This document shows, in pieces, positions 28,391 through 38,900 of a stretch of 64,000 nt of DNA (within the stretch, counting starts at the first letter, position 1; every line of letters begins with the position of its first letter). The notes below the pieces were generated by a model, which was not told the DNA's origin, did not search any database, and saw nothing but the letters and a program-made list of their open reading frames with translations. Position numbers and translations under genes: made by a program. This DNA comes from Isosphaeraceae bacterium (lineage in GTDB: Bacteria; Planctomycetota; Planctomycetia; Isosphaerales; Isosphaeraceae): the NCBI GenBank assembly GCA_965201075.1, contig CBDAVP010000002.1, positions 62,001 to 126,000 on the forward strand. Reading direction: 5' to 3'.

Positions 28391-30679
28391 ATGATTCGGT
28401 CCCCGAAAATGGCCTTGCTCCTGACACTCGTGACCGTCGGGGTCGTTCAAACCCAGGTCCGCGCCGAGGTGACCAAGGAAGCGGTCGAGCGGGCCATCCG
28501 CGACGGGGTTTCCCACCTCAAGCGCGAGCAACGGGCCGATGGCTCCTGGCCCGAGATGGACAACCGCTGGATCACCGGAACCACCTCTCTGGTCACTCTG
28601 GCCTTGATCACCGCGGGGGAACCGACCACCGACCCTGTCGTCGCCAAGGCGCTCGACTACATCGGCCAGTTCTCGCCCAACGACCTGGGCAAGACCTACA
28701 CCGTGGCGCTCCAGACTCTAGTGCTGGCCGCCGCCAACGACCCCGACCGCTTCCAGGCCCGCCTTCGAGCCGACGTCGCCTGGCTCGAACGGGCCCAGGT
28801 CCAACCGGGCGACCGTCGCGACTATCCCGGCGGCTGGTCGTACACCGACAAGAAGGAAAGCTCCAGCGACGGCTCGAACTCGCAATACGCCCTCCTGGCC
28901 CTCCACGCGGCCAACGAGGCCAATATCCCGGTCAAGCCCGCCGTCTGGGCCCTGGCCCGTCGCTACTGGGAGTCCGGCCAGCATCACGACGGCGGATGGA
29001 CCTACTACCCCGACGACGGCAAAAACACCTACGGCAGCATGACCTGCGCCGGGCTTTCCAGCCTCATCATCACTGGTCTGAAGCGATACCAGGGGCAGGA
29101 AACCCTGGCCGACTCGGAGATTCGCAACTGCGGGCAGGGCGGCATCAACCTGCGAGTGCAGCGCGGCATTGATTGGCTCTCGGCCCACTTCTCCGTCGGC
29201 ACGAATTTCAACAAGGGATTGCAGTGGAAGTTCTACTATCTGTACGGCCTCGAACGCGCCGGGCGGCTCACCGGCCAGCGATTCTTCGGCGATAAGGATT
29301 GGTATCGCGAAGGAGCCGAGCATCTCGTCCACCTGCAAGAACTGGGGGCCTGGCGAGGTACCGACCATCCCGAAACCGACAGCCTCATCGCCACCAGCTT
29401 CGCCCTCCTATTTCTCTCCAAGGGGCGCTCTCCGGTCCTCATCAACAAGCTCGTCCACGACGTGCAGGCCGAGGACTGGAACCACGACCCCGACGACATC
29501 CGCAACCTCGTCGACAGCGTCTCCCGAGACTGGAAGCACCTGCTCACCTGGCAACTGGTCGACCCCGCCACCTCCGAGGTCGAAGACCTCCTCCAGGCGC
29601 CCATCGCCTTCTTCAACGGTCACGAAGCCCCCACCCTCTCCGCCCCCGCCCAGCAAGCTCTGCGAGAGTACGTCGAGCAGGGCGGCTTCATCCTGGCCGA
29701 CGCCTGCTGCGGTCGAGAAGGGTTCGACCGGGGCTTCCGCGCTCTCATGAAGCAGGTCTTCCCCGAACCGGAATACAACCTCCACCCGCTCTCTAGCGAG
29801 CATCCGGTCTGGCGGGCCCGCTGGGAACTGACCCCCGAGGTTCATCCCCTTTGGGGAATCGAGCATGGTTGCCGGACGGTGGTGATCTACAGCCCCTCGG
29901 ACCTCTCCTGCTACTGGAACCAGGCCGAGAACCAGCCCGACAACGACGCGGTCATCAAGGCCCGGCGAGTTGGCCAGAACATCATCGACTACGCCACCGG
30001 CCGCGAACTCCCCGCCGACAAACTGACGATTCGCGAGGTCAAGAACTTCAAGCTCGACGCGACCCCCCGCCGAGGCGCTCTCCGTATCGCCAAGCTCCAC
30101 CACGCGGGAGATTGGAACATCGCCCCCCTGGCCGTTCCCAACCTGGCCACGATGCTCCACGAGCGCCGCAAGTTCGACGTGGTCATCAACCATCAGGAGC
30201 TCTACCCGCGCGACCCGAACCTCATCCATTACCCGTTGATCTACGTCCACGGACGCGCCGCCCTCTCCTTCCCGCCCGAGGACATGGAAGCCCTTCGCCG
30301 CCACCTCGAACCCGGAGGCGGAACCCTGTTCGCCGACGCCGCCTGCGGCAGCGCTCCATTCGACGCCTCGTTCCGCCGCTTCGTCGCCGCGCTCCTGCCC
30401 GACCACAAGCTCGAACCAATCCCCGCCGACGACGAGTTGTACACGGAAAAAGTGGGCTACGACCTCTCCGACGTCCAGTTCAGCAAGGCCGCGGGCGGCA
30501 CTAGAGGCCGTCCCGGACTCGAAGGGGTCAAGATCAACGGCCGATGGTCCATTATCTATTCCCCCTACGACATCGGCTGCGCCCTCGAACGTCAGCAGGG
30601 GCTCGACTGCAAGGGATACACCCACGAAAGCGCCATGAGGATCGCCGCCAACATCGTCCTCTACGCCACGCTCCCCTGA
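28391..30679 (+). CDS. Exported prenyltransferase/squalene-cyclase-like barrel fused to two DUF4159 domains
   Basis: AGGAG RBS; signal peptide; Q..DGSW, GGWSY, D.SNSQYA.LAL, YYLYGLERAG; two GG.I/LFADA.CG...FD..FR repeats. Confidence 0.8.
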   Translation: MIRSPKMALLLTLVTVGVVQTQVRAEVTKEAVERAIRDGVSHLKREQRADGSWPEMDNRWITGTTSLVTLALITAGEPTTDPVVAKALDYIGQFSPNDLGKTYTVALQTLVLAAANDPDRFQARLRADVAWLERAQVQPGDRRDYPGGWSYTDKKESSSDGSNSQYALLALHAANEANIPVKPAVWALARRYWESGQHHDGGWTYYPDDGKNTYGSMTCAGLSSLIITGLKRYQGQETLADSEIRNCGQGGINLRVQRGIDWLSAHFSVGTNFNKGLQWKFYYLYGLERAGRLTGQRFFGDKDWYREGAEHLVHLQELGAWRGTDHPETDSLIATSFALLFLSKGRSPVLINKLVHDVQAEDWNHDPDDIRNLVDSVSRDWKHLLTWQLVDPATSEVEDLLQAPIAFFNGHEAPTLSAPAQQALREYVEQGGFILADACCGREGFDRGFRALMKQVFPEPEYNLHPLSSEHPVWRARWELTPEVHPLWGIEHGCRTVVIYSPSDLSCYWNQAENQPDNDAVIKARRVGQNIIDYATGRELPADKLTIREVKNFKLDATPRRGALRIAKLHHAGDWNIAPLAVPNLATMLHERRKFDVVINHQELYPRDPNLIHYPLIYVHGRAALSFPPEDMEALRRHLEPGGGTLFADAACGSAPFDASFRRFVAALLPDHKLEPIPADDELYTEKVGYDLSDVQFSKAAGGTRGRPGLEGVKINGRWSIIYSPYDIGCALERQQGLDCKGYTHESAMRIAANIVLYATLP

Positions 30680-30701
30680 TCGTCGCCGCCAGCCCCCGCC
30701 G

Positions 30702-32057
30702 TCACACCAGGCGATTCTCACGAACAACCCGCGAATACCAGTGGGCGCTCAGCTTCGGAGTGCGCCGCTGGGTCTCATAATCCACATGGACGATCCCGAA
30801 CCGTTTGGAATACCCCTCGGCCCACTCGAAGTTATCCAGGAACGACCACAGGAAATATCCTCCGACGTCGTACCCTTCTTCTACCGCCCGGTGAAGCCCC
30901 ACCAGGTAGTTCCTCAGGTATTCGCGACGATCCAGATCCACAATCTCCCCGCTGGAACCAAACGCATCCGCGCAGGCCGCGCCGTTTTCGGTAATCAAGA
31001 ACGAGCGGACCCCGAAAACTTCGGCCGCGTGACGCACCCCCCAGTACAAGGTCTGAGGCGTCAGGTTGAGCCAAGGGAGATCCGCCCTGGGAAAACCCGA
31101 GGGAAATGGGAGCGTCTCCGGACGACCCGGCTCATTGGCGCGGACGAAATCTCCCGCGTAAAGGTTCAACCCCAGGTAATCGGTCGGCCGGGAGATCATC
31201 TCCATGTCCCCCGGCTGAACTTTAGGCGCATTAGCCCCGGCGTCGCGGAGAAACGCGTCAGGATAGCGGCCGAGGAATACCGGCCCAAGCAACGGCCCCT
31301 GAGTCCGCTCGAACTCGCCTCGGGCCGCCAGAATATCCTCCTCCGTCTCGGTCAGGGGGATCTGCACCGGGGGCAAGGCATTCTGAACCAGGCCCACGCG
31401 GGCTCCCGGACCAGCCAACCCGCGGACCACCTCCACTCCATGCCCGTGGGCGAGTAGCGCGTGGTGGTAAGCCTGATTCAGCCGCCCCTGTGACTCTCGA
31501 CGGCCGGGAGCATGGTCCCCCGTCCCATAGCCAAACCCAATGAAACAGGGAATCTCGTTGACGGTGAACCAGTCCCGAACCCGATCCCCCAGACGTCTCA
31601 CGACGACCTCGGCATAACGGCGGAACGCGTCCACCGTCGACCGTTCCACCCAACCGCCTCGATCCTCCAGGGCCTGAGGCAAGTCCCAGTGGTATAGCGT
31701 CACCCAGGGACGAATCCCCCGACCCAGCAACTCGTCGATCAAACGATCGTAGAAATCCAAACCCCCGGAATGGACCGGCCCGTCGCCATCGGGGACAACC
31801 CGGGGCCAGGCCACCGACAGTCGAGAATTGCGGAGACCCAACCGCTCCAGCAGCGCCGCGTCCTCGGCGTAGCGATGGTAGTGGTCGCACGCCGGGTCGA
31901 GCGTATCCCCCTCATGAACCTTGCCGGGAGTGACGGCGAACCGATCCCAGATCGACTCCCCCTTGCCATCCTCCCGACTCGCCCCCTCGATCTGAGGCGC
32001 CGCGGCCGCCACTCCCCAGGCGAAGTCATCCGGGAACCGATACGAAGCCCGAGTCAT
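30702..32057 (-). CDS. GH1 beta-glucosidase
   Basis: FPDDFAWGVA, DHYHRY.ED, TLYHWDLPQ, acid/base NEI, nucleophile ITENG, WSFLDNFEWAEGY.KRFG. Confidence 0.95.
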   Translation of the reverse strand: MTRASYRFPDDFAWGVAAAAPQIEGASREDGKGESIWDRFAVTPGKVHEGDTLDPACDHYHRYAEDAALLERLGLRNSRLSVAWPRVVPDGDGPVHSGGLDFYDRLIDELLGRGIRPWVTLYHWDLPQALEDRGGWVERSTVDAFRRYAEVVVRRLGDRVRDWFTVNEIPCFIGFGYGTGDHAPGRRESQGRLNQAYHHALLAHGHGVEVVRGLAGPGARVGLVQNALPPVQIPLTETEEDILAARGEFERTQGPLLGPVFLGRYPDAFLRDAGANAPKVQPGDMEMISRPTDYLGLNLYAGDFVRANEPGRPETLPFPSGFPRADLPWLNLTPQTLYWGVRHAAEVFGVRSFLITENGAACADAFGSSGEIVDLDRREYLRNYLVGLHRAVEEGYDVGGYFLWSFLDNFEWAEGYSKRFGIVHVDYETQRRTPKLSAHWYSRVVRENRLV

Positions 32058-32101
32058 GCCGCCCCTCCGTCCCATCGCCGCGCCGCTTCCCCGAACTGGG
32101 C

Positions 32102-32521
32102 TCAGCGCGCCTCGTCGAGTCCCGCGGAAACCGTCTCTTCCGTCGCGACTTCGCCCTCCGGCTCGCCGGCCGGGTCTCCCCCAGTCGTCCCCATCCACGC
32201 GAAGGCCAGCCCCACCAGGGCGCCCGCGACATCGGAAAGACCGTCCCAAAGGTCGGCATCGCGACCCACAACCTCCAACGATTGAGCCAGTTCCGTCACA
32301 ACGGCCGTCGCCACGGCGATTCCCAACCCGACCAGCGGGCGGCTCCTACCCCAAAGCACGCCAAACACCAGGAACAGCACGAAGTGAACCATCTTATCGA
32401 GGTGCGGCCCGGTCCGAGCGCCAACACCCCGTTCGTGAAACGGAAGCCATTCCGCCGGCAAGAGACAGGCGAACCAGATCGCTCCCAGCCAAAGCCAGGG
32501 GGCAAGTCGTCGAGGGGACAC
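32102..32521 (-). CDS. VanZ family membrane protein
   Basis: DK.VHF.LF, TE.AQ....GR.AD..D...D..G; GAGG RBS before GTG 32521. Confidence 0.8.
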   Translation of the reverse strand: MSPRRLAPWLWLGAIWFACLLPAEWLPFHERGVGARTGPHLDKMVHFVLFLVFGVLWGRSRPLVGLGIAVATAVVTELAQSLEVVGRDADLWDGLSDVAGALVGLAFAWMGTTGGDPAGEPEGEVATEETVSAGLDEAR

Positions 32522-32630
32522 GGGAAAAACCCTCGGGGCGGCGGGACATCTCGCTCTAGGCTCAGTGTAAACCGGGATGGGAAGCCGCGACCATCCCAGG
32601 GCACCGGAGGCGCCCTCGTAGTTCCCCAGG

Positions 32631-32747
32631 GCCGTTGATTTCTCCATTGGCCTTGCAATCGGGGACTGGCTCCGGCGGTACTCCGACGGTGCCTGCCCCC
32701 CATTCCAGGGCCTGGTGGGCGACGTGGGAGGGACATCAGTCCCCTTT
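32631..32747. repeat. Solo diverged copy of the ~134 bp hairpin repeat
   Basis: TCTCCATTGG..TGCAATCGGGGACTGGCTCCG.CGGTACTCCG.CGGTGCCTG.CCCC...GGGACATC matches units at 52.0-52.7 kb. Confidence 0.9.
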
Positions 32748-32937
32748 GGTCCACCCAAAATGAGAGCGAACTGGCCCTGCGTTGTTCCCCGAATGGCCTG
32801 GTTTGGGCGATGCGCGACGAGTATCCTGGACGGGCCCTCGTCGCCGTCCCCCGTCCATTCCCCGTGCCGGTACGCCTCGTTTTGCCTCGTCGGGCCGACG
32901 CGGGACGTGGGAGGATCGCCCGGAGACCGCCAGTCGG

Positions 32938-35900
32938 ATGACCATTTCCGTCGCCCAACCCGTCACGACTCACCCGGTGGGTCCCTCCTCGGCCCCACCG
33001 CTTCCGCCGATCGACCCGCGGGGCGACGAACCAATCCGCTCCGACCTCCTGGGTATGGACTACCTGGAGGCCCAGGCCCGACGCCTCGCCGCCGGTTGCC
33101 AACCCCTGAGCCGTGTCCGGGCCAACAGCCCCCTCCTCCGCCGGTTCGCCGAAAACGGCCGCAAGCTCGTCCAGGTCCACCGCCGCATCCTCGAAGACCT
33201 CGACCGTAGCGAAACGCGTGGTCTCGACGCCGAATGGCTGGCCGACAACTTCCACATCGTTGAGGACGTCCTGCGAGAAGTCCGCCAGGACCTCCCCCCC
33301 GGCTACGACTCCGAACTGCCCAAACTCGTCGACGGCCCCCTCGCGGGCTATCCGCGCGTCTACGCCCTGGCCCTCACACTCGTCGCCCACTCCGACAGCG
33401 CTCTCGACGAGGCCCGCATCACCCGCTTCGTTCGGGCCTTCCAGACCGCCTCCCCCCTGACCATCGGCGAGTTGTGGGCCGTCCCCACGATGCTCCGCCT
33501 CGTCCTCCTGGAAAACCTCCGCCGCCTCTCCGAGCAGATGACCCGCGGCTGGGACGAACGCCAGCACGCCCAGAACTGGGGCGCTTCCCAGATCGCCCTC
33601 GCGACCTCCGCCGCCGGCGCGAACCGCCCGTCTCGGCTGATCGACCCCATCCCCAACCTGGCCGGCCCCTTCGTCGTCGCCTTGCTCAAGGTCGCAAGGG
33701 ACGGAGGCGCCGCCGGGGACGCCCTGCTCGACCGCCTCGAAACACGCCTCGCGACCGAAAGTCTCAACTCCGACACCATCCTGCGTCGCGAGCACCGCCG
33801 ACAGGCCGCCAACCAGGTCACCGTCGGCAACTGCGTCACCAGCCTGCGCCTCCTTTCGGCGTTCGACTGGAATGTCTTCTTCGAGCGTCACAACGCCGTC
33901 GACGCGGCCCTCCGAAACGACCCAACCAGCACCTACGCCCGCCAGGATTTCGCCACCCGCGACCGCCAGCGACGCACCATTGAGCGCCTCGCCCGCCGTG
34001 CCGAGGTCGAGGAGGTCGACGTCGCCCGCCGCGCCGTCGAACTCGCCCACGACGGCCTCGACGACGGACCCCGAGGGCAGGTGGGCTTTTATCTGGCGGA
34101 CCGTGGACTCGACCGCCTCAAGGCCGAATTCCACTACCCGCTCACTCTCGGCGACCGACTTGCCGACATCTCCCACCACAACCCCCGACTCATCTACTTC
34201 GGCCTGATCCTGCTCGTCATGGCCCTGGTCACAGCCCTCCTCCCGGGTCATCTGGGCCAGCTCGGACCCCTCGCCGGACTTCTCGTCGCCCTCCTGCTGT
34301 TGGCCCTCAGCGAGTTGGGCGTTGGGCTCGTCAATCACCTCTTGACCCTGTTCCTCCCGCCCCGATCGCTCCCCAAGCTCGACTTCAAGGACGGAATCGC
34401 CACCGACTGCCCCACCTTCGTGGTGATGCCCTCCATGCTGGTGCGGCCCGAAAGTGGCACCGTCCTGCTGGAACGTCTGGAAATTCACTACCTCGCCAAC
34501 CCCGACCCGCAACTCTACTTCGCCCTGCTGACCGACTTCTCCGACGCCCCCCAGGCCCGCATGCCCGAGGACGATTCCTACGTCCGGGCGGCGCTCGACG
34601 GCGTCAAGGCACTCAACGATCGCTACTGCCCCGGTGGACCCGACCGCTTCTTCGTCTTCCACCGACGCCGCCTCCATAACCCCGTCCAGGGCTGCTGGAT
34701 GGGCTGGGAACGCAAGCGGGGCAAGCTGACCGAGTTCAATCGCTTCCTCCGAGGAGCCAACGACACCAGCTACGCGGTCCTCAGCGCCGAACTCACGCAG
34801 TTGCCCCGCATCCGCTTCGTCATCACCCTCGACGCCGACACCCAACTGCCCCGCGAGTCGGCCGGCCGCCTCATCGGCACGATCGCCCACCCCCTCAACC
34901 TGCCGCGTTTCGACCCCGCCCAGCGACGGGTGGTCGAAGGCTTCGGCGTCCTTCAGCCACGCGTCAGTTACAACATGCTGGCGGCCACCCGGTCGCGATT
35001 CGCCGGCATCCTCGCTTCCTCGGCCGGCGTCGACCCCTACGCCACGGCCGTTTCCGACCTCTACATGGACCTCTTCGGCTCGGGAACCTTCACCGGCAAG
35101 GGCATCTACGAGGTCGACGCCTTCGAGGCCGCCACCGGCCACACCTTCCCCGAAAACCGCATCCTCAGCCACGACCTCATCGAAGGAAATTACGCTCGCT
35201 GCGGACTCGTCACCGATGTCGAACTTTTCGACGACTTCCCACCTCGCTACCACGCCTACGCCCGCCGAGAACACCGCTGGGTCCGCGGCGACTGGCAACT
35301 TCTCCCCTGGCTAGGCGCGAGGGTCCCCACCCCCGACGGACCCAGGCCCAACGTCCTGCCCGCGCTGGAGTGGTGGAAGCTCTTCGACAACCTCCGCCGC
35401 AGCCTGATTCCCCCCACCTTGGTCCTGCTCCTGACGCTGGCCTGGACGATCTTCCCCGGTTCCCCGCTGCAATGGACCCTTTTTCTCCTGGCGGTCCCGT
35501 TCCTGCCGCTCACCCAACTCGGCCTGGGAACCGTGATCGCCAGCGTGCGAGGGTCAAGCCTCAGCCCCATCAAGGGCCTGGCCGGATCGCTCTTGCCGAC
35601 CCTCGGTCAGTGCCTGATGACCACCACGTTCCTCGCCGACCAGGCCCGCCACCTGGTCGACGCGACCGTGAGGACCCTCTACCGACTGACCGTCTCCCAC
35701 AAGCAAATGTTGGAGTGGGAGACGGCCGCCGCCGCCGAACGACGCCTGGGAACCGGACTCGCCCAGTTCTGGCGGACCATGTGGCCGGCGTCAACCGTCG
35801 GCCTGGCCGTCGCCGCGCTGGTGGCCCTGATTCGGCCGTCGTCGCTACCGATCGCCGCTCCGGTCCTGCTGGCCTGGATCTTCTCGCCGGCCGTCGCCTT

Positions 35901-38900
35901 CTGGGTCAGCCGACCAAAATCCGTCGAGGACGACCCCCTGACGGACGAAGGCCGCGCCGAACTCGGCCGGGTCGCCCGCCGGACCTGGCAATTCTTCGAG
36001 GACTTCGTCGGCGATGAGGACCACTGGCTCCCGCCCGACAACTACCAGGAAATTCCCGGCAACCGCGTCGCTCACCGGACCTCCCCCACCAACAAGGGAT
36101 TACTTCTCCTCTCAACCCTTTCGGCCCACGACCTGGGCTACCTGGGCCTGCGCACCCTGGCCGACCGCCTCTCGAAGACGATGGACACCCTCGAAAGTCT
36201 GGAAAAATACCAGGGGCATTTCCTCAACTGGTACAACACCAAAACCCTCAAGCCGCTCCCGCCGGTCTACGTCTCCACGGTCGACAGCGGCAACATGCTG
36301 GGCTGCCTGGTCACCTTGAAGCACGGGCTTCGGGAAAAATCCCACGACCCAGCCTTCGGTCCCTCGACCCTGAAGGGGATGGGCGACGTCCTGGGCCTCG
36401 TCGCCGAACACCTGAGACCCGTCCGCCCCTCGGGATCGGTCGCCATCGCCGCGACTCGCGCATTGGAGTTGGGCCTTGAGGAACTGCGGCGACTCGTGGC
36501 GAAGCGGCCGGCCGACTTGCTGGAGTGGGACGACCTCTTTGGGCGGCTCGACTGGTCAGTTGTCGCTCTGCTCGGCAAGGTCCGCGCCCTCGCCGAGGCG
36601 ATACCCGAACTTCCCAGGGGCATCGAGGCCTGGTCCCGCCGCCTCCTGGCCCGGGTCCACGAAGCCCGAGCCGACCTGGCGACCTTGGCCCCCTGGCTCG
36701 AAGCGGTCAAGGCCGTCCCCGCCGACGTCGGCCCCGTCACCGGCGACACTCGCAATCGCTGGGAAGGGGTCCGCGCCAACCTCCTCGCCCCCGGCGGTCT
36801 CCTCTCGCTGGCCGACCGCGCCTGGATGATCCGCGGTGAGTTGGAACGCCTCTCGGCCGATCACCCCGCCTTCCAGGCCGTGGCCGAAGCGATCAACGGC
36901 TCGGCCGCCGCCGCCCTGCGCGACCATCTCCGCCGCCTGGCCGACCGAGCCGAGAACCTGGCCGAGGCGATGGACTTCCGCTTCCTCTACAAGGCCGACC
37001 GGCACCTCTTCTCCATCGGCTGCAACCTCGTGCAAGGTCGGCTCGACGCCTCCTGTTACGACCTGCTCGCCTCCGAGGCCGCCCTGACAAGTTTCCTGGC
37101 CGTGGCTCGCGGCCAGGTCCCCCGCAAGCACTGGTTCCAGCTGGGCCGACCGTTCATCGACGCCGCCAACCAGGTCGGCCTGCTCTCCTGGGGCGGGACG
37201 ATGTTCGAATACCTGATGCCTCGCCTGATGCTCAAAAGCCTGCCGGCCACCCTGGTCGCCCAGGCCGCCCGGGTCGCGGTCGACCGCCAGATCGAGTACG
37301 GCCGATCCCAGGGAGTCCCCTGGGGAATCTCCGAGTCCGCCTATTCCAGCATCTACGTCGACGGAGACTACCAGTACCAGGCCTTCGGAGTTCCCGGCCT
37401 CGGCCTGAAACGAGGACTCGACAAGGACCTGGTCGTCGCCCCCTACGCCACGGCCCTGGCGGTGATGATGCGCCCCCGCGAGGCACTGGAAAATTTCCGG
37501 AGACTGACCGCCGAAGGAGCCCTCGGGCCTCACGGGTTCTATGAAGCCGTGGACTTCACCGCCGGCCGAGTGCCTCCCAATACGCGCTCGGCGATCTGCT
37601 ACTCCTACATGGCCCACCACCAGGGGATGAGTCTCGTCGCCCTGACCAACGCCCTGCTCGATGACCCAATGCCTCGGCGATTTCACACCGAACCGTCGGT
37701 CCGGGCCGTGGAACTCCTGCTCCAGGAGCGGATTCCCCGAGACCCCCCGATCGTGTCCCCCACGGAGGCGGAGATGGCCCCAACCCCGACCAGTCCCGAG
37801 TCCGGCGGCACCCCCCTCCTGAGCCGTCGTCTCACCACCGCGGCGACACCGGCTCCTCGCACCACCCTGATGTCCAACGGCTCCTACGGAGTCATGCTCA
37901 CCAACGCCGGCTCCGGCTACAGCACCTGCCGAGGTCTCGACGTCACCCGCTGGCGGGAAGATTCCACCAGTGACGCCTGGGGCCAGTTCCTCTACCTCCG
38001 CGACACCACCAGCCAGGTCACCTGGTCCGCCGGTCTCCAGCCCACGGGCCGACCCGCCGACGACCTCGAAATTGTCTTCTCCGCCGACAAGGCCGCCTTC
38101 CGGCGGCTCGACGCCAACATCGAAACCCTGCTGGAAGTCACGGTCTCCCCCGAAAGTCTGGCCGAGGTCCGCCGAGTCACCCTCACCAACCGCGACACGC
38201 GCCCCCGGGAAATCGAGCTCACCAGCTACGCCGAGGTCGTCCTGGCCTCCCGAGCCGCCGATGCCGCTCACCCGGCATTCAACAAATTGTTCCTGGAAAC
38301 CGAATACCTGCCCGACACCGGCGCTTTGCTCTGCCGACGCCGCCCCCGAGCCCAGGACCAGGCTCCCATCTGGGCCGTCCACGTCTCGACCACCGACCCG
38401 GCCATCGAGCCCGAGATCCAGTTCGAAACCGATCGCGCCCGCTTCCTCGGCCGCGGACGGACCCCCGCCGACCCTGCCGCGCTCGACCCTCATGCCAGCC
38501 TTTCCGGAACCACCGGACCGGTCCTCGACCCGATCCTCAGCCTCCGCCGTCGCGTCAAACTCGACCCGGGCGCCTCGGCCACCCTCAGCTTCACGACCGC
38601 CGTGGCCGACACCCGAGCCGAGGCCCTGGCCCTGGCCGACCAGTTCCGCGACCCCGCCGCCGCGTCCCGGGCCTTCGAGCTCTCCTGGGCCCACGGCCAG
38701 GTCGAACACCGCCACCGTCCCTGGACCGGCGAGGACGGCCATCTCTACCAACGGCTCGCCTCCCACATCCTCTACGCCTCGCCATCCCTACGCGCCGCGG
38801 CGGCCATCCTCAACTCCAACACCCAAGGTCAGCCCGGCCTCTGGCGGTTCGGCATCTCCGGTGACTTGCCCATCGTCCTGCTCCGCATCGCCGCCGTCAC

